From NCBI GenBank assembly GCA_050946455.1, contig JBMNUV010000006.1, forward strand, positions 23,504 through 87,503: 64,000 bases of DNA, given 5' to 3'. Each line of letters starts with the position of its first letter. Within the stretch, counting starts at the first letter, position 1. The translations under genes and the position numbers were made by a program. The stretch is from Prevotella sp. (GTDB taxonomy: Bacteria; Bacteroidota; Bacteroidia; Bacteroidales; Bacteroidaceae). The notes under the pieces are model-generated. The model made no database searches and was not told where the DNA came from. It worked only from the letters and a program-made list of their open reading frames with translations. Shown here piece after piece: positions 1 to 9,980 of the stretch.

Positions 1-324
1 CTCCTTTGCCCTCACAAAGTTTGCGATTTTCATTCCGGGATAATAAACGTAGAGATGAACGTCTGTATCGGCGGCTGTCAGGGTGAAACGACCTTGGGCG
101 TCGGTGTTGCAATGCACGGGTGAGGCGAAGAACATCACCGTAGCACCTTCCAAGGGCTTTCCCTGAGCATCGGTAACTGTGCCGGTTAACTGATAGCTGT
201 TCACCACAGGAATGTAATAATCGCTCACCTGTCCCTTTACCACGCGCAGACTGTCATCGGCTTGAACGGCTGTGGCTGAGAAAAAGAGACCAGCAAGAAG
301 TAGGTATGACAATGGTTGGTTCAT
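1..324 (-). CDS. N-terminal part of an exported protein with a carboxypeptidase-regulatory-like (CarboxypepD_reg) domain; runs off the left edge
   Basis: Manual translation from ATG at 324: MNQPLSYLLLAGLFFSATAVQADDSLRVVKG...YQLTGTVTDAQGKPLEGATVMFF...TDAQGRFTL. It has a signal peptide plus the G.V.D..G.PL.GA.V motif, and the frame is open to base 1. Absent from the ORF track. Confidence 0.7.
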   Translation of the reverse strand, partial: MNQPLSYLLLAGLFFSATAVQADDSLRVVKGQVSDYYIPVVNSYQLTGTVTDAQGKPLEGATVMFFASPVHCNTDAQGRFTLTAADTDVHLYVYYPGMKIANFVRAKE

Positions 325-369
325 TTTGATTTTAGATTTGATAGTGAGAGGAAAAAGATAGAAAGATGA

Positions 370-1221
370 TTACTTGAGAAGGATTCGACCCATTACTGGA
401 CAGTGGTCGGAGAGCCAGTGGGTATCGGGCTTGTCATCGACCACGCGATAACGGTCAACCGTGAAATCAGGACTTACGAAGATATAGTCCAGCAATTCCC
501 GCTGTGCAATGGGCAAGCGGCCGAAATCGTGGAAACTCCAAGCAGGACCATAGACAATGGGCGAAGCCTCGCGAGTGTTCACCATGCCTGCAGCACGCAG
601 AACGTCGAGAGGTTCCTGCTCCGTGCAGTTGAAGTCGCCTGTGACAATCAACGGAAGTCCCGGAGCCAATTTCTTCATCATGCTCAATACGAGGCGGATT
701 CCTTCAACGCGTGCCAAACGACCGTCGTTGTCAAGATGCGTATTGACATAGGCGAGTTGCTTGCCACTGAGTTGGTCTTTTACGATTACCCATGTAGCCA
801 TACGGGGATAGGAAGCATCCCACGCCTTCTGTCCAAAAGCCTTGGTGTCCTCGCCGAGAGCAAAATCGCCGTGCTTCAACAACGTGAACCTTTTCTTATT
901 ATAAAAGATAGGGCAATGCTCGCCGGCATCCTTGCCGTCGTCGCGTCCCACACCCACCTGTCCGTAATCGGTCATCATGGAGCGAAGGTCGGTCAACTGA
1001 TTGGGACGTACCTCCTGCATGCCGATAAGGTCGGGAGAATAATATCTTAGCATCAGTCCCACGTCTGCCTTTCGGTTGGTCCAAGCATTCACGCCGTCGG
1101 ATGCCACATCAAGGCGGACGTTGAATGTCATCACGTCGATTGCATGAGCGTTGTCGGCTCTCATCGCTATAGGAAGCAACAAGAGCAAGCAAGCAAGAAG
1201 ATGTTTGAGTTTGTACGTCAT
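370..1221 (-). CDS. Endonuclease/exonuclease/phosphatase (EEP) family protein, exported
   Basis: Motifs VMTFNVR, IGMQEV, VNTHLD, VTGDFN, LDYIF, SDHCPV; N-terminal signal peptide. Confidence 0.9.
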   Translation of the reverse strand: MTYKLKHLLACLLLLLPIAMRADNAHAIDVMTFNVRLDVASDGVNAWTNRKADVGLMLRYYSPDLIGMQEVRPNQLTDLRSMMTDYGQVGVGRDDGKDAGEHCPIFYNKKRFTLLKHGDFALGEDTKAFGQKAWDASYPRMATWVIVKDQLSGKQLAYVNTHLDNDGRLARVEGIRLVLSMMKKLAPGLPLIVTGDFNCTEQEPLDVLRAAGMVNTREASPIVYGPAWSFHDFGRLPIAQRELLDYIFVSPDFTVDRYRVVDDKPDTHWLSDHCPVMGRILLK

Positions 1222-1241
1222 AACTGATTTTTGAAAGAAAT

Positions 1242-1277
1242 GGTGGGCTTTCCCTTATGGTGGAGAGAAAGCCCACC
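1242..1277 (-). terminator. Stem-loop between susD and the EEP gene
   Basis: GGTGGGCTTTC...GAAAGCCCACC 11-bp inverted repeat followed by a T-rich tract on the minus strand. Confidence 0.6.
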
Positions 1278-1311
1278 TGCAAGCACAATTTAACCTAAGT
1301 CTGAGAGAGAG

Positions 1312-2763
1312 TTATTCGTCTATGGGGTCATTCTTCAGTTCGGGCACGTCAGAGAGCTGCTGGAAGGGAACAGGATAATAGGTCTTGTCCTCGGTCCATC
1401 CGTTGCTTCCTAATACAGAAGCGGCATTGCCCGTGCGAACGAGGTCATTGTAGCGCTCGCCCCACTCACCAGCCAACTCCATACGGCGTTCGTCGAGAAT
1501 TTCGTCAACCGTAACGTTGGCCAGTTCGGGCATGTTAGCGCGACGGCGAACTTGATTGAAGGGTTCATCACCGTTCTGACCCAATCTCACAGCAGCCTCA
1601 GCGTTCATCAGAAGCACGTCTGCATAGCGGAAGATGCGCACATTGTTGTTGCTGCCGTATTTGGTGCGGCCCTCAGTAAGCTCACTCGTCGGAGTATAAG
1701 CCTTGCCATTGAAGTAATCTTCCGTAGTGCCATCGGTCACTACATCGCCACTCGGAGTCGTAGTACCGCCACCAGCCATGCAAGTTGTAGTAAGGCGCAC
1801 GGTCTCACCGCGAGCCTCTGCCCACTCGTAGAACGACGGATAGAAGCGGATGAAGTTCCAGCCACCAAGGCTACCGGGACCTTGGAACACAAACCACTGG
1901 TCAACGTCGACCATATCGCCGGAGCCTGTGCCGAAGTCGGTGCACTGGCATTCGAAGAGGCTCTCATTGCAGAGCTTGCCGGGAATCTTAAACAGCTCGT
2001 AGAAGTCGTCGTAGAGTTCAAACTTACCGCTGTTGATGATGTCATCGGTGAGCGTTTTCACTTGCTCGTAGTTGCCTTGATTGAGATAAATCTTGGCAGC
2101 CAGCATCTCTGCAGAATAAGCTGTGACGGCTCCCTTGTGAGTCATCTCGTTGGGATTCAGGCGCTGGCAGTTTTCAATGGCATACTGCAAGTCCTCAAGA
2201 GCGTATTTATAGACAGCGTTCACCGTAGAACGGGTCAAGTCGGTCTGGTCGTTGCTACGCAGAATGGTAACTGGACCGAAAGCCTGAACCAAGCGGAAGT
2301 AGGTGTAGGCGCGGAGGAAGCGGACTTCGCCACAATAGCTTCGGTAAGTGGCGAGCTGATCCTCGGTGGTCATATTGGCGGCATACAAATCCAGTGCTTC
2401 GAGAGCCGAATTGGCGACTTTTATGATACCATAATATTGGTTCCACATCTCGTTCAAGCCCCAGAATCCACTCTTATACTTGTAGTTGCCAATATCTACC
2501 AAGTCGCCTTGGTCATCGGTACGTCCCGACCAAATATCGTCGTCGCGGATAATCACCTGCGGCCAAATGACCCAGTGCATAGCACCGGTGCGAATCTTTG
2601 CATAGACACCCGAGACGGGCTGATAGAGGTTGGACATATCGGTATAGTCGATATCTGATACGGGCAGGGAATCCTCCGGGTCCTTGTCCAAGTATTTGCC
2701 GCATGAGGTCAGGGTGAAGGCGGCTGCGGCCAACAGCATTGCTGATAAATATCTAAGTTTCAT
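1312..2763 (-). CDS. susD: RagB/SusD family nutrient-uptake outer-membrane lipoprotein
   Basis: Lipobox LTSC; GEVRFLRAYTYFRLVQAFGPV, FRYADVLLMNAEA and ERRMELAGE.GERYNDLVR motifs; directly downstream of SusC. Confidence 0.93.
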   Translation of the reverse strand: MKLRYLSAMLLAAAAFTLTSCGKYLDKDPEDSLPVSDIDYTDMSNLYQPVSGVYAKIRTGAMHWVIWPQVIIRDDDIWSGRTDDQGDLVDIGNYKYKSGFWGLNEMWNQYYGIIKVANSALEALDLYAANMTTEDQLATYRSYCGEVRFLRAYTYFRLVQAFGPVTILRSNDQTDLTRSTVNAVYKYALEDLQYAIENCQRLNPNEMTHKGAVTAYSAEMLAAKIYLNQGNYEQVKTLTDDIINSGKFELYDDFYELFKIPGKLCNESLFECQCTDFGTGSGDMVDVDQWFVFQGPGSLGGWNFIRFYPSFYEWAEARGETVRLTTTCMAGGGTTTPSGDVVTDGTTEDYFNGKAYTPTSELTEGRTKYGSNNNVRIFRYADVLLMNAEAAVRLGQNGDEPFNQVRRRANMPELANVTVDEILDERRMELAGEWGERYNDLVRTGNAASVLGSNGWTEDKTYYPVPFQQLSDVPELKNDPIDE

Positions 2764-2781
2764 TGTCTTTAGTGTTAAAGG

Positions 2782-5700
2782 TTAGAACTGAATCTGCAGT
2801 CCAAAGGTATAGGTTGCAGTGAGAGGATACACTTCGGTGTCCCATCCCTCAGAATCGCTGATTTCGGGAGTGAATGAGTTAGCCGAGAACCAAGTGCAGG
2901 GACGGTCGGCTGTGAGGCTCAAGCGCAGGCTGGGCATCGTGTAGGAACCCATCTTGATGTTCTTGAAGGTGTAGCCCACCGTGATGTTCTGAATACGGAA
3001 GAAGTCGGCATCCTCCACGAGGTAAGAGTTGACATACTGGTCACCCACATTCCATGTCTTGGTGAGTGCTTTTGCAGAAGGATATTCGTTGGTCGAACCT
3101 TCGCCTGTCCAGTGATGAACATACTGGTCGTGGTCAAAGTTGTAGAGTGAAGAACTATAGCGTAGGGCACGCTTGCGGTTGTAGAGCTGTGCACCCGTCT
3201 GTCCATAAGTAGAAAGACTCACGTCGAGTCCCTTCCACTCCATTCCAAGGTTGATACCGAAAGTGAAATTGGGCAGATAAGCACCGAGAGTTGTCTTATC
3301 GTTATTGTCAATGACGTCATCGCCATTCAAGTCCTTATATTTGAAGTCACCCGGCTCCAAGTCGTTGGCAACGGCAATGGGGTCGTTTGCCACTTCCTCT
3401 TCGTTCTGATAGATTCCTTCAACAATATATCCATAGAAGGAGTTCATCTCGTGTCCTACCCAGTTGACGGTCTTTCCGCCTTGGATGAAGGTAGTTCCAC
3501 TGAGGCTCTTCACCTCATTCCAGAGGAATGACAGGTTGGTGCCGATATGGTATTTCACATCACCAAACTGGTCGTCCCAGTTGATGCTGACATCGATACC
3601 TTGATTGAGAATCTTACCGTAGTTTCCGGCAAGTGTACGGTTCTCAAACGGCAGACGCGGACTGATGACTGCATGTTTGGTCATGCGGTGATAGTAGTCA
3701 ACATCCATGTTCAAACGGTTGCTGAACATTGCCATGTTGAAACCAACGTTGCTCTCCTCGACAACCTCCCAACGGAGATAGCTGAAGTAGATATTGTTCT
3801 GATATCCTGGATAGATGTTGTCACCGAATACGCCTGATGCGGAGTTGCCGGTAGTAACACTTGCGAAACCGTCGCTGGCTGCCACGCGGTCGTTACCGAG
3901 CTTACCCCAGCTGGCACGAATCTTCAAATAGTCGATGACATTCTGATTCTTGAAGAACGGCTCTTGGCTCACAACCCAAGCTGCACCCACTGAGGGGAAG
4001 TAGCCCCAATGCTCCTGATACTTGGAGGAACCATCAGCACGCATGGTAAACATTAAGAGGTACTTATCTGCATAGTTGTAGTTCAAACGACCGAAATAGC
4101 TGATTCCGCGATAGGTATAACCTGCGTCGCCATTGGAATCTGTATCCTCATCACCAAGACCGATGTACTTAGTCTCATCGCCCGTGTCGGGCACATTGGA
4201 GCGTGAGCCCATCAGATAGCGATAGTTTTCCTCGCGCATAGAGAAGCCGAGCATGGCTCCGAAGTTGTGCTTGCCCCAATGGTCGGTATAAGTCAGAGTG
4301 TTATCCCAAATATAATTGTTAAAGGTGGTTGTACTCTTCACCAAGCTTGTGGTGGAGTTCTGCTGCTGTTCCGAAACGTAGTATTTCGGAGTGAACGTGC
4401 GAGCCTCCATAGTTGAATGCTCGTAGTTGATGCTCGAACGGAAATTCAACTTCTCCGGAATAAGCTGGAACTGAGCATAGAAGTTCGTGTTGAACTGCTT
4501 CGTGTCGTTGTCAGAGTCATAATAGTTGGCTGTTGCAACGGGGTTGTAGAAGTTGTTGGTATATCCAACCGATGAAGGTGCGGCATAACTTTCGGGATAT
4601 GCCTCCGTATTGTTCTCGTCATAAACGGGATACAGACCGGGAGCATTATAGGCTTGCTGCCAAGCTGCATTGTTGGCGAGTTGCTGTTGGCTGTTGGTGA
4701 AGATACCGTTGAAGCCCACCTTCAGCCAGTTAGTAGCATCATAATCAAGGGCTGCACGGGTAGTGACGCGGCTGTAGTCATTGTCCACATCCATGATACC
4801 ATCTTGATAAAGGTAGCTGACGCCTACAGAATAGCTGGCTTTCTCACCGCCACCGCTGATACCCACGCTGTGCTTGGTGATGAGGGCATCACGAAGAAGT
4901 TCCTTATACCAGTCGGTATCGGAGCCGTAGGTCCAGTTGTGGAAATCGGCGTCCTCATGACTGCCGCCGTAGCGTTCAATACTGGCAATAGCATAAGGAG
5001 AATAAGAATCGTAGTCGGCTTCCATCAACATGGAGGCATACTCATTGGAGCTTGCCATCTCCAAACGGTTGGTGGCATGCTGCACGCCCACGTAGCCGTC
5101 ATAAGTAATCTGCGCGCTCTGACGGCGTACACCTTTCTTTGTAGTGATAAGCACCACACCGTTGGCGGCACGCACACCGTAGATAGCAGATGCGGAAGCA
5201 TCCTTCAGCACACTCATCTCCTGAATGTCGGATGCATCGAGGAAGTTGATGTTGTCGTAGAACATTCCGTCAACAACATACAAGGGAGTTGCATTGGCGA
5301 AGGAGCCATTACCACGGATTTTCACCGTAGGACCAGAACCCGGAACACCATTGTTGACAACGTTCACACCGGAAACCTTACCCTGAATAGCCGACATGGG
5401 TGATGAGGAAGGAACGTTGGTGAGTTCGTCACCTTTTACCACAACAATGGGCGAAGTCAGGTCTTTTGCCTTGGCTGTACCGTAACCGATAACCACCACT
5501 TCATTGAGTGCCGTTTCCTCGTCCTCCATGTTGAAGGTCATCGACTCTCCGGTCAGCTTTTGAGTAATAGGCTTCATACCTAAATAAGTAATCGTGACCG
5601 TGGCATCGCTGGGCACATTACTAAAAGAGAACTTACCGTCCAAGTCGGTAACGGTCTTTTGGTCGGTACCATCCAACTGCACGGTAGCGCCAATCACGGG

Positions 5701-5802
5701 GTCATGGAGTGGGTCCAAGACGGTTCCTGTGAACGTCTTCGACTGAGCAATCGCTCCCTGCACACACATCCCCAACAATAGAGATAACAACAGTTTTTTC
5801 AT
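2782..5802 (-). CDS. susC: SusC/RagA family TonB-dependent transporter
   Basis: CarboxypepD_reg N-terminus, EVVVIGYGT, PLYVVDG, LKDASASAIYGVRAANGVVLITTKKG, C-terminal GLQIQF. Confidence 0.95.
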   Translation of the reverse strand: MKKLLLSLLLGMCVQGAIAQSKTFTGTVLDPLHDPVIGATVQLDGTDQKTVTDLDGKFSFSNVPSDATVTITYLGMKPITQKLTGESMTFNMEDEETALNEVVVIGYGTAKAKDLTSPIVVVKGDELTNVPSSSPMSAIQGKVSGVNVVNNGVPGSGPTVKIRGNGSFANATPLYVVDGMFYDNINFLDASDIQEMSVLKDASASAIYGVRAANGVVLITTKKGVRRQSAQITYDGYVGVQHATNRLEMASSNEYASMLMEADYDSYSPYAIASIERYGGSHEDADFHNWTYGSDTDWYKELLRDALITKHSVGISGGGEKASYSVGVSYLYQDGIMDVDNDYSRVTTRAALDYDATNWLKVGFNGIFTNSQQQLANNAAWQQAYNAPGLYPVYDENNTEAYPESYAAPSSVGYTNNFYNPVATANYYDSDNDTKQFNTNFYAQFQLIPEKLNFRSSINYEHSTMEARTFTPKYYVSEQQQNSTTSLVKSTTTFNNYIWDNTLTYTDHWGKHNFGAMLGFSMREENYRYLMGSRSNVPDTGDETKYIGLGDEDTDSNGDAGYTYRGISYFGRLNYNYADKYLLMFTMRADGSSKYQEHWGYFPSVGAAWVVSQEPFFKNQNVIDYLKIRASWGKLGNDRVAASDGFASVTTGNSASGVFGDNIYPGYQNNIYFSYLRWEVVEESNVGFNMAMFSNRLNMDVDYYHRMTKHAVISPRLPFENRTLAGNYGKILNQGIDVSINWDDQFGDVKYHIGTNLSFLWNEVKSLSGTTFIQGGKTVNWVGHEMNSFYGYIVEGIYQNEEEVANDPIAVANDLEPGDFKYKDLNGDDVIDNNDKTTLGAYLPNFTFGINLGMEWKGLDVSLSTYGQTGAQLYNRKRALRYSSSLYNFDHDQYVHHWTGEGSTNEYPSAKALTKTWNVGDQYVNSYLVEDADFFRIQNITVGYTFKNIKMGSYTMPSLRLSLTADRPCTWFSANSFTPEISDSEGWDTEVYPLTATYTFGLQIQF

Positions 5803-5862
5803 TGCTTCGTTAGGTTTTAAATTTGTATTCAGATTCTAATTGCTTGTGATTGAAATCTGCTG

Positions 5863-5894
5863 CAAAAGTAACTTTTATTAAGAAAGAGTCCAAA
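5863..5894 (-). promoter_or_regulatory. Bacteroidota sigma-A promoter of susC (-7 TACTTTTG, -33 TTTG)
   Basis: Minus-strand TACTTTTG at 5863-5870 and TTTG at 5891-5894 with a 20-nt spacer match the TTTG-N19-21-TAnnTTTG consensus. Confidence 0.7.
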
Positions 5895-5901
5895 TTTTAA
5901 C

Positions 5902-5950
5902 CTACGACAACACTACGATGTCGTACCGCACGACTACGATTTTACTACGA
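5902..5950. promoter_or_regulatory. Phased CTACGA direct-repeat array, candidate regulator binding site
   Basis: CTACGA starts at 5902, 5913, 5934 and 5945 (spacings 11, 21, 11), immediately upstream of the susC -33 box. Confidence 0.55.
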
Positions 5951-6204
5951 TAAAATTTATAGTAAACTAATAATCAATATGTTACAAATGATAATTTTCT
6001 CAAAATTATCTTGCAGAGAATTAAAAAACGTATGCCACCGAAACTCTTTCGCTCGGTCGTAAAGGTCACTTTTCGTGGTGAAGCATATTCTTTTATATTT
6101 TGAATCATCAACTTTTCAATTGAGCGTAGGACCTGACTTACTGACCAAGAACGGGTGTTTGCAAAATACTTTTATTCTGTTGGACGCAATTTTAATTTTT
6201 TTTG

Positions 6205-6212
6205 TATTTTTG
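6205..6212 (+). promoter_or_regulatory. -7 promoter box (TATTTTTG) of the regulator gene
   Basis: Matches TAnnTTTG about 45 nt before the ATG at 6255. Confidence 0.55.
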
Positions 6213-6254
6213 CAGTAACAAGTATTTCTTGCAAATCAACTACTCATAGAGACA

Positions 6255-9113
6255 ATGCCTATTGCCTACAGCATTATTATATTACTTTTTTCACTTCTTC
6301 CCTCGCTCGTGAGGGCGGAAGGTTTTCAGCCTGTGCTGTCCAACTTCACTTCGCTGCAATACCATGCGGGATTGCAAAACTGGTCCATCACCCAAGATTC
6401 CAACGGACTCATCTACATCGGCAATAACAGTGGAGTGCTCTCTTACGATGGCTACAACTGGAGCCTGACGCGGTTGCCCGGCAACATCATCGCTCGTGCA
6501 CTTTACTGCGACAGCACACGGCTATATGTGGGCGGCTACGAGGAGTTTGGCTACATGGAGCGCAATGAGTTCGGCTCCCTCACCTATCACTCCCTGTGGG
6601 AGAAGGTGAAAGGTTACAAAACCCACAACGACGAAATCTGGAACATCGTGAAGGCACACGACGGCAGAATACTCTTCCAGTCGTTCTGCTCTTGGTTTGA
6701 ATACAACGGGAAGAGCGTCAAGGCACACTACGACCCTCGACGACTGCCTCTCTATTTCTTCTCGGTCCACAACAAGATTTACTGCCAGCTTATTGATGGC
6801 GACTTCTGTCAGCTTGTGGGCGACCGTTATCAGACGGTCATTCCCCGACAGCGACTGAACGACAACATCGTGTCGGTGCTCCCCATTGAGAACGGTTCCA
6901 TGTTGCTCTGTTCAGAAAGCAACGGTATATACATTCTCGGCAAAGAAGGGAAGCTGAGCCACTGGAACACGAAAGCCGACGCGGAACTGAGCCATCTGCT
7001 CATCAACCGCGCTGCCATTTCTGCCGATAGGCAGACGATAGCCATCGGAACAATTCTCGGCGGCGTGATTGCGCTCAACCGTAAGGGCGAGGAGAAATGG
7101 CACTACAATACGACCAATCAACTGGTGAACAATTCCATTTTAGCTCTCTTCTTCGACCACGACAACAATGTATGGGCTGGCAGCGACACGGGACTATCGC
7201 TGATTCTCACCGGCGCTCCCTTCTCGCTACTCACCCATACCACACCCGCGTTAGGAATGGTGTTCGACGTGTATTGCCGTGCCGATGCTCTCTACATCGC
7301 CACCAACCAGCGCACTTTCCTTTTCCAACAGCAGCGACTCACACCCATTTCAGGAACTGAGGAGCAGAACTGGTACGTGACCGATTTCGGCAATCAAATC
7401 ATCGTGGGCAACAACCACGGGGCACGCTACATTGACGGCACCGACTCCAAGCCGCTCTACGCCAAGAGTATGTCGAGCAGCACCTGCATGCGCCGCTATA
7501 CGGTGAATGCCGACGAGGATTATCTGATAGAATCCAGCTATTCAGACCTCGGTGTATACAAGCGCAAGGACGGACAGTGGCAATCCCAAGGCACACTGAA
7601 AGGTTTTCAAGCTCCGGTATTGCAGTTTGAGGTGGACAAGGACGGCGCTATCTGGGCAGCCCACATGAGCAAGGGCATCTACCGCATTGAGCTATCGGGC
7701 GACATGCGGCGCATCGCCTCGCTCCGCTATTATCCCTCACTTTCGGGCATCCGACAGGGTAGCCTCATCCACGTAATGAAAATACGTGGCTCCATCGTCA
7801 TGGCGGAAGGAGATAAGCTCTACCGCATCAACGAGAAGGGCGACATCGTGCCTTACCACGACCTCGACAACCTACTCCACGACGACATCATCTCTGCCAC
7901 GCCCGTTGACAACAAGCATTTTTGGCTGTCAACCCCAAACGGCTACATGCTGATTGAATACAGCAACAACCGCTACCATATCGTCGAGGACATCCCAGCC
8001 GAATTCTTCGGATTGGAATGCAGCGACGTCAGCAACAACGTGAAGGTATTTGGCGGTCGGACCTACTTCTGTCTGAACGGAGGCATAGGATGTGTAGTCA
8101 ATGCTCCCTATGCTTCTAAACACATCAAGTCGAAAGCCAAACTCACGCTGGCAAGTGCCGAATATATCACGTCTGACCGCAAGCACCATGCGCTGCCTGT
8201 TGACGGAAGCAGGGCAAGGGCAAAGGGCGATGTCACCTTCCGCCTCTCCTACCCCAACTTCAACAGCCGCGTCGTTTTCTTCCGGTTCCATCTGAAAGGT
8301 GGCGGACAGAATCTTCATTCCACGACTACAAAACCGGAAATCACCTACAACAGCCTAAACTATGGCAACTATGACCTCAAGGTGGAGGTGACTGACGGAA
8401 ACGGCAAGGTGCTCGACAGCTTGAGCTACCATTTCGACTATCCGCGCCCATTGCTACTCTCCATTCCTGCCATCCTGCTCTATGTGGCTCTCCTCGTGCT
8501 GGTTGTCTATCAACTCACTTCACGCTATCAACAACGGCTGCAAAGAAAACAACAGCATATCATGGAGGAGGAACAGATGCGCCAGAAACTGCTCGTAGCC
8601 GAACAGCAGCGCATTATTGAGCAACAGCAGCAACAACTGCTGAAGCAACAACTCAAGGACAAGGGCAAGGAGATTGCCTCTCTCGCCATGGACGGTATCA
8701 TCAAGAAGCAGAAAGTGAACGATATCAGGCACGAGCTACAAAAACAGAAGAAAATGTCGCCACAGGAAATAGGACGTATGATGAGTATTATTGATGAAAG
8801 CTCTGGCAAAGATGACTTCTGGGACATCTATAAAGAGAACTTCGACCTGATACACAAGAACTTCTTCCGCAACCTGCGCAAACTCTATCCTACGCTGACT
8901 TCCACCGACCTAAAATTCTGCGCGCTCATCCGGCTGAACCTCAATACGAAGGACATCGCCCAATTCACAGGACTCACCGTGAGAGGCGTGGAGGGGGCGC
9001 GCTATCGGCTACGAAAAAAACTCAGCGTCCCCAAGGACAAGAGCCTGACAGAGTTTCTTATCGACTTCTCCGGACAACAGGAAGATGAAAACGAAAATGA
9101 TATAAAACAATGA
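6255..9113 (+). CDS. Membrane-anchored sensor/regulator: periplasmic beta-propeller + triple-tyrosine (YYY) domain, TM helix, coiled coil, C-terminal LuxR-type HTH
   Basis: QNWSITQDSNGLIYIGN propeller repeats, YNSLNYGNYDLKV (YYY-type), TM SIPAILLYVALLVLVVY, C-terminal LTSTDLKFCALIRLNLNTKDIAQFTGLTVRGVEGARYRLRKKL; divergent from susC. Confidence 0.85.
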   Translation: MPIAYSIIILLFSLLPSLVRAEGFQPVLSNFTSLQYHAGLQNWSITQDSNGLIYIGNNSGVLSYDGYNWSLTRLPGNIIARALYCDSTRLYVGGYEEFGYMERNEFGSLTYHSLWEKVKGYKTHNDEIWNIVKAHDGRILFQSFCSWFEYNGKSVKAHYDPRRLPLYFFSVHNKIYCQLIDGDFCQLVGDRYQTVIPRQRLNDNIVSVLPIENGSMLLCSESNGIYILGKEGKLSHWNTKADAELSHLLINRAAISADRQTIAIGTILGGVIALNRKGEEKWHYNTTNQLVNNSILALFFDHDNNVWAGSDTGLSLILTGAPFSLLTHTTPALGMVFDVYCRADALYIATNQRTFLFQQQRLTPISGTEEQNWYVTDFGNQIIVGNNHGARYIDGTDSKPLYAKSMSSSTCMRRYTVNADEDYLIESSYSDLGVYKRKDGQWQSQGTLKGFQAPVLQFEVDKDGAIWAAHMSKGIYRIELSGDMRRIASLRYYPSLSGIRQGSLIHVMKIRGSIVMAEGDKLYRINEKGDIVPYHDLDNLLHDDIISATPVDNKHFWLSTPNGYMLIEYSNNRYHIVEDIPAEFFGLECSDVSNNVKVFGGRTYFCLNGGIGCVVNAPYASKHIKSKAKLTLASAEYITSDRKHHALPVDGSRARAKGDVTFRLSYPNFNSRVVFFRFHLKGGGQNLHSTTTKPEITYNSLNYGNYDLKVEVTDGNGKVLDSLSYHFDYPRPLLLSIPAILLYVALLVLVVYQLTSRYQQRLQRKQQHIMEEEQMRQKLLVAEQQRIIEQQQQQLLKQQLKDKGKEIASLAMDGIIKKQKVNDIRHELQKQKKMSPQEIGRMMSIIDESSGKDDFWDIYKENFDLIHKNFFRNLRKLYPTLTSTDLKFCALIRLNLNTKDIAQFTGLTVRGVEGARYRLRKKLSVPKDKSLTEFLIDFSGQQEDENENDIKQ

Positions 9114-9937
9114 AAAGATTTCTCTATTTCCTTCTATTCTGTTGCGTTGCAGTCATTGGCAACGCCCAAGAACCTGTGAAAGTGCTTGCCATTGGCAACA
9201 GTTTCTCGGAGGACGCGGTTGAACAAAACCTCAGCGAGTTGGCATCGGCAGCCGGCTTCACTTCCATCATCGGCAACCTCTACATTCCCGGTTGCCCATT
9301 GGAGCGCCATTACGACAATGCGGCACGCAACATTGGCGACTACCGCTACTGTAAAATCGGTATCGATCACAAAAAGGTGATGACCGACAAAGTAACGTTA
9401 GAGAGAGCTATTAAAGATGAGAAATGGGATTATATCAGCCTGCAGCAGGTAAGCCACCTCTCGGGACTCTGGAATACTTACCAGCCTTACCTGCACGAGC
9501 TTGTTGCCTATGTTCACCAGTTGGCTCCACAAGCCAAAATCGTATGGCACCAGACGTGGGCATACGCTCAAAATTCCGACCACGGCGGTTTCAAATACTA
9601 TCAAAGTAGTCAGAAACGCATGTACAAACAAATCATGAAGTGCTCACGCCGTGCCGTGAAGGAAGAGGGATTCGACCTCATCGTGCCGAACGGAACTGCC
9701 ATACAGAACGCGCGCACTTCTTTTATCGGTGACAACATGAACCGCGACGGCTATCACCTCAATCTCGTCTATGGCCGCTACACAGCCGCATGCACGTGGT
9801 TCGAGACTATCTTCCACACCAGTGTGGTGGGCAACAGCTACGCACCAAAAGGAATGAGCGACGAGCTGGTTCGCGTTGCCCAACTCGCCGCCCACTATGC
9901 GGTAGAAAAGCCCTACAGAGTTACGAAAATTCGTTAG
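9110..9937 (+). CDS. DUF4886-like SGNH-fold hydrolase, exported
   Basis: VLAIGNSFSED, WDYISLQQVS, WHQTWAY, DGYHL; overlaps the regulator stop (ATGA). Confidence 0.75.
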   Translation: MKRFLYFLLFCCVAVIGNAQEPVKVLAIGNSFSEDAVEQNLSELASAAGFTSIIGNLYIPGCPLERHYDNAARNIGDYRYCKIGIDHKKVMTDKVTLERAIKDEKWDYISLQQVSHLSGLWNTYQPYLHELVAYVHQLAPQAKIVWHQTWAYAQNSDHGGFKYYQSSQKRMYKQIMKCSRRAVKEEGFDLIVPNGTAIQNARTSFIGDNMNRDGYHLNLVYGRYTAACTWFETIFHTSVVGNSYAPKGMSDELVRVAQLAAHYAVEKPYRVTKIR

Positions 9938-9980
9938 TACGGCTGTAGCTTTCCAAATTAAAATAAGAACCGACAGCCCA

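Noticed and set aside
1552-2658. Long antisense ORFs (e.g. 1552-2658, 4654-5403, 58142-58864, 37064-37810)
   Set aside because: Shadow frames opposite well-supported genes, with no motifs of their own.
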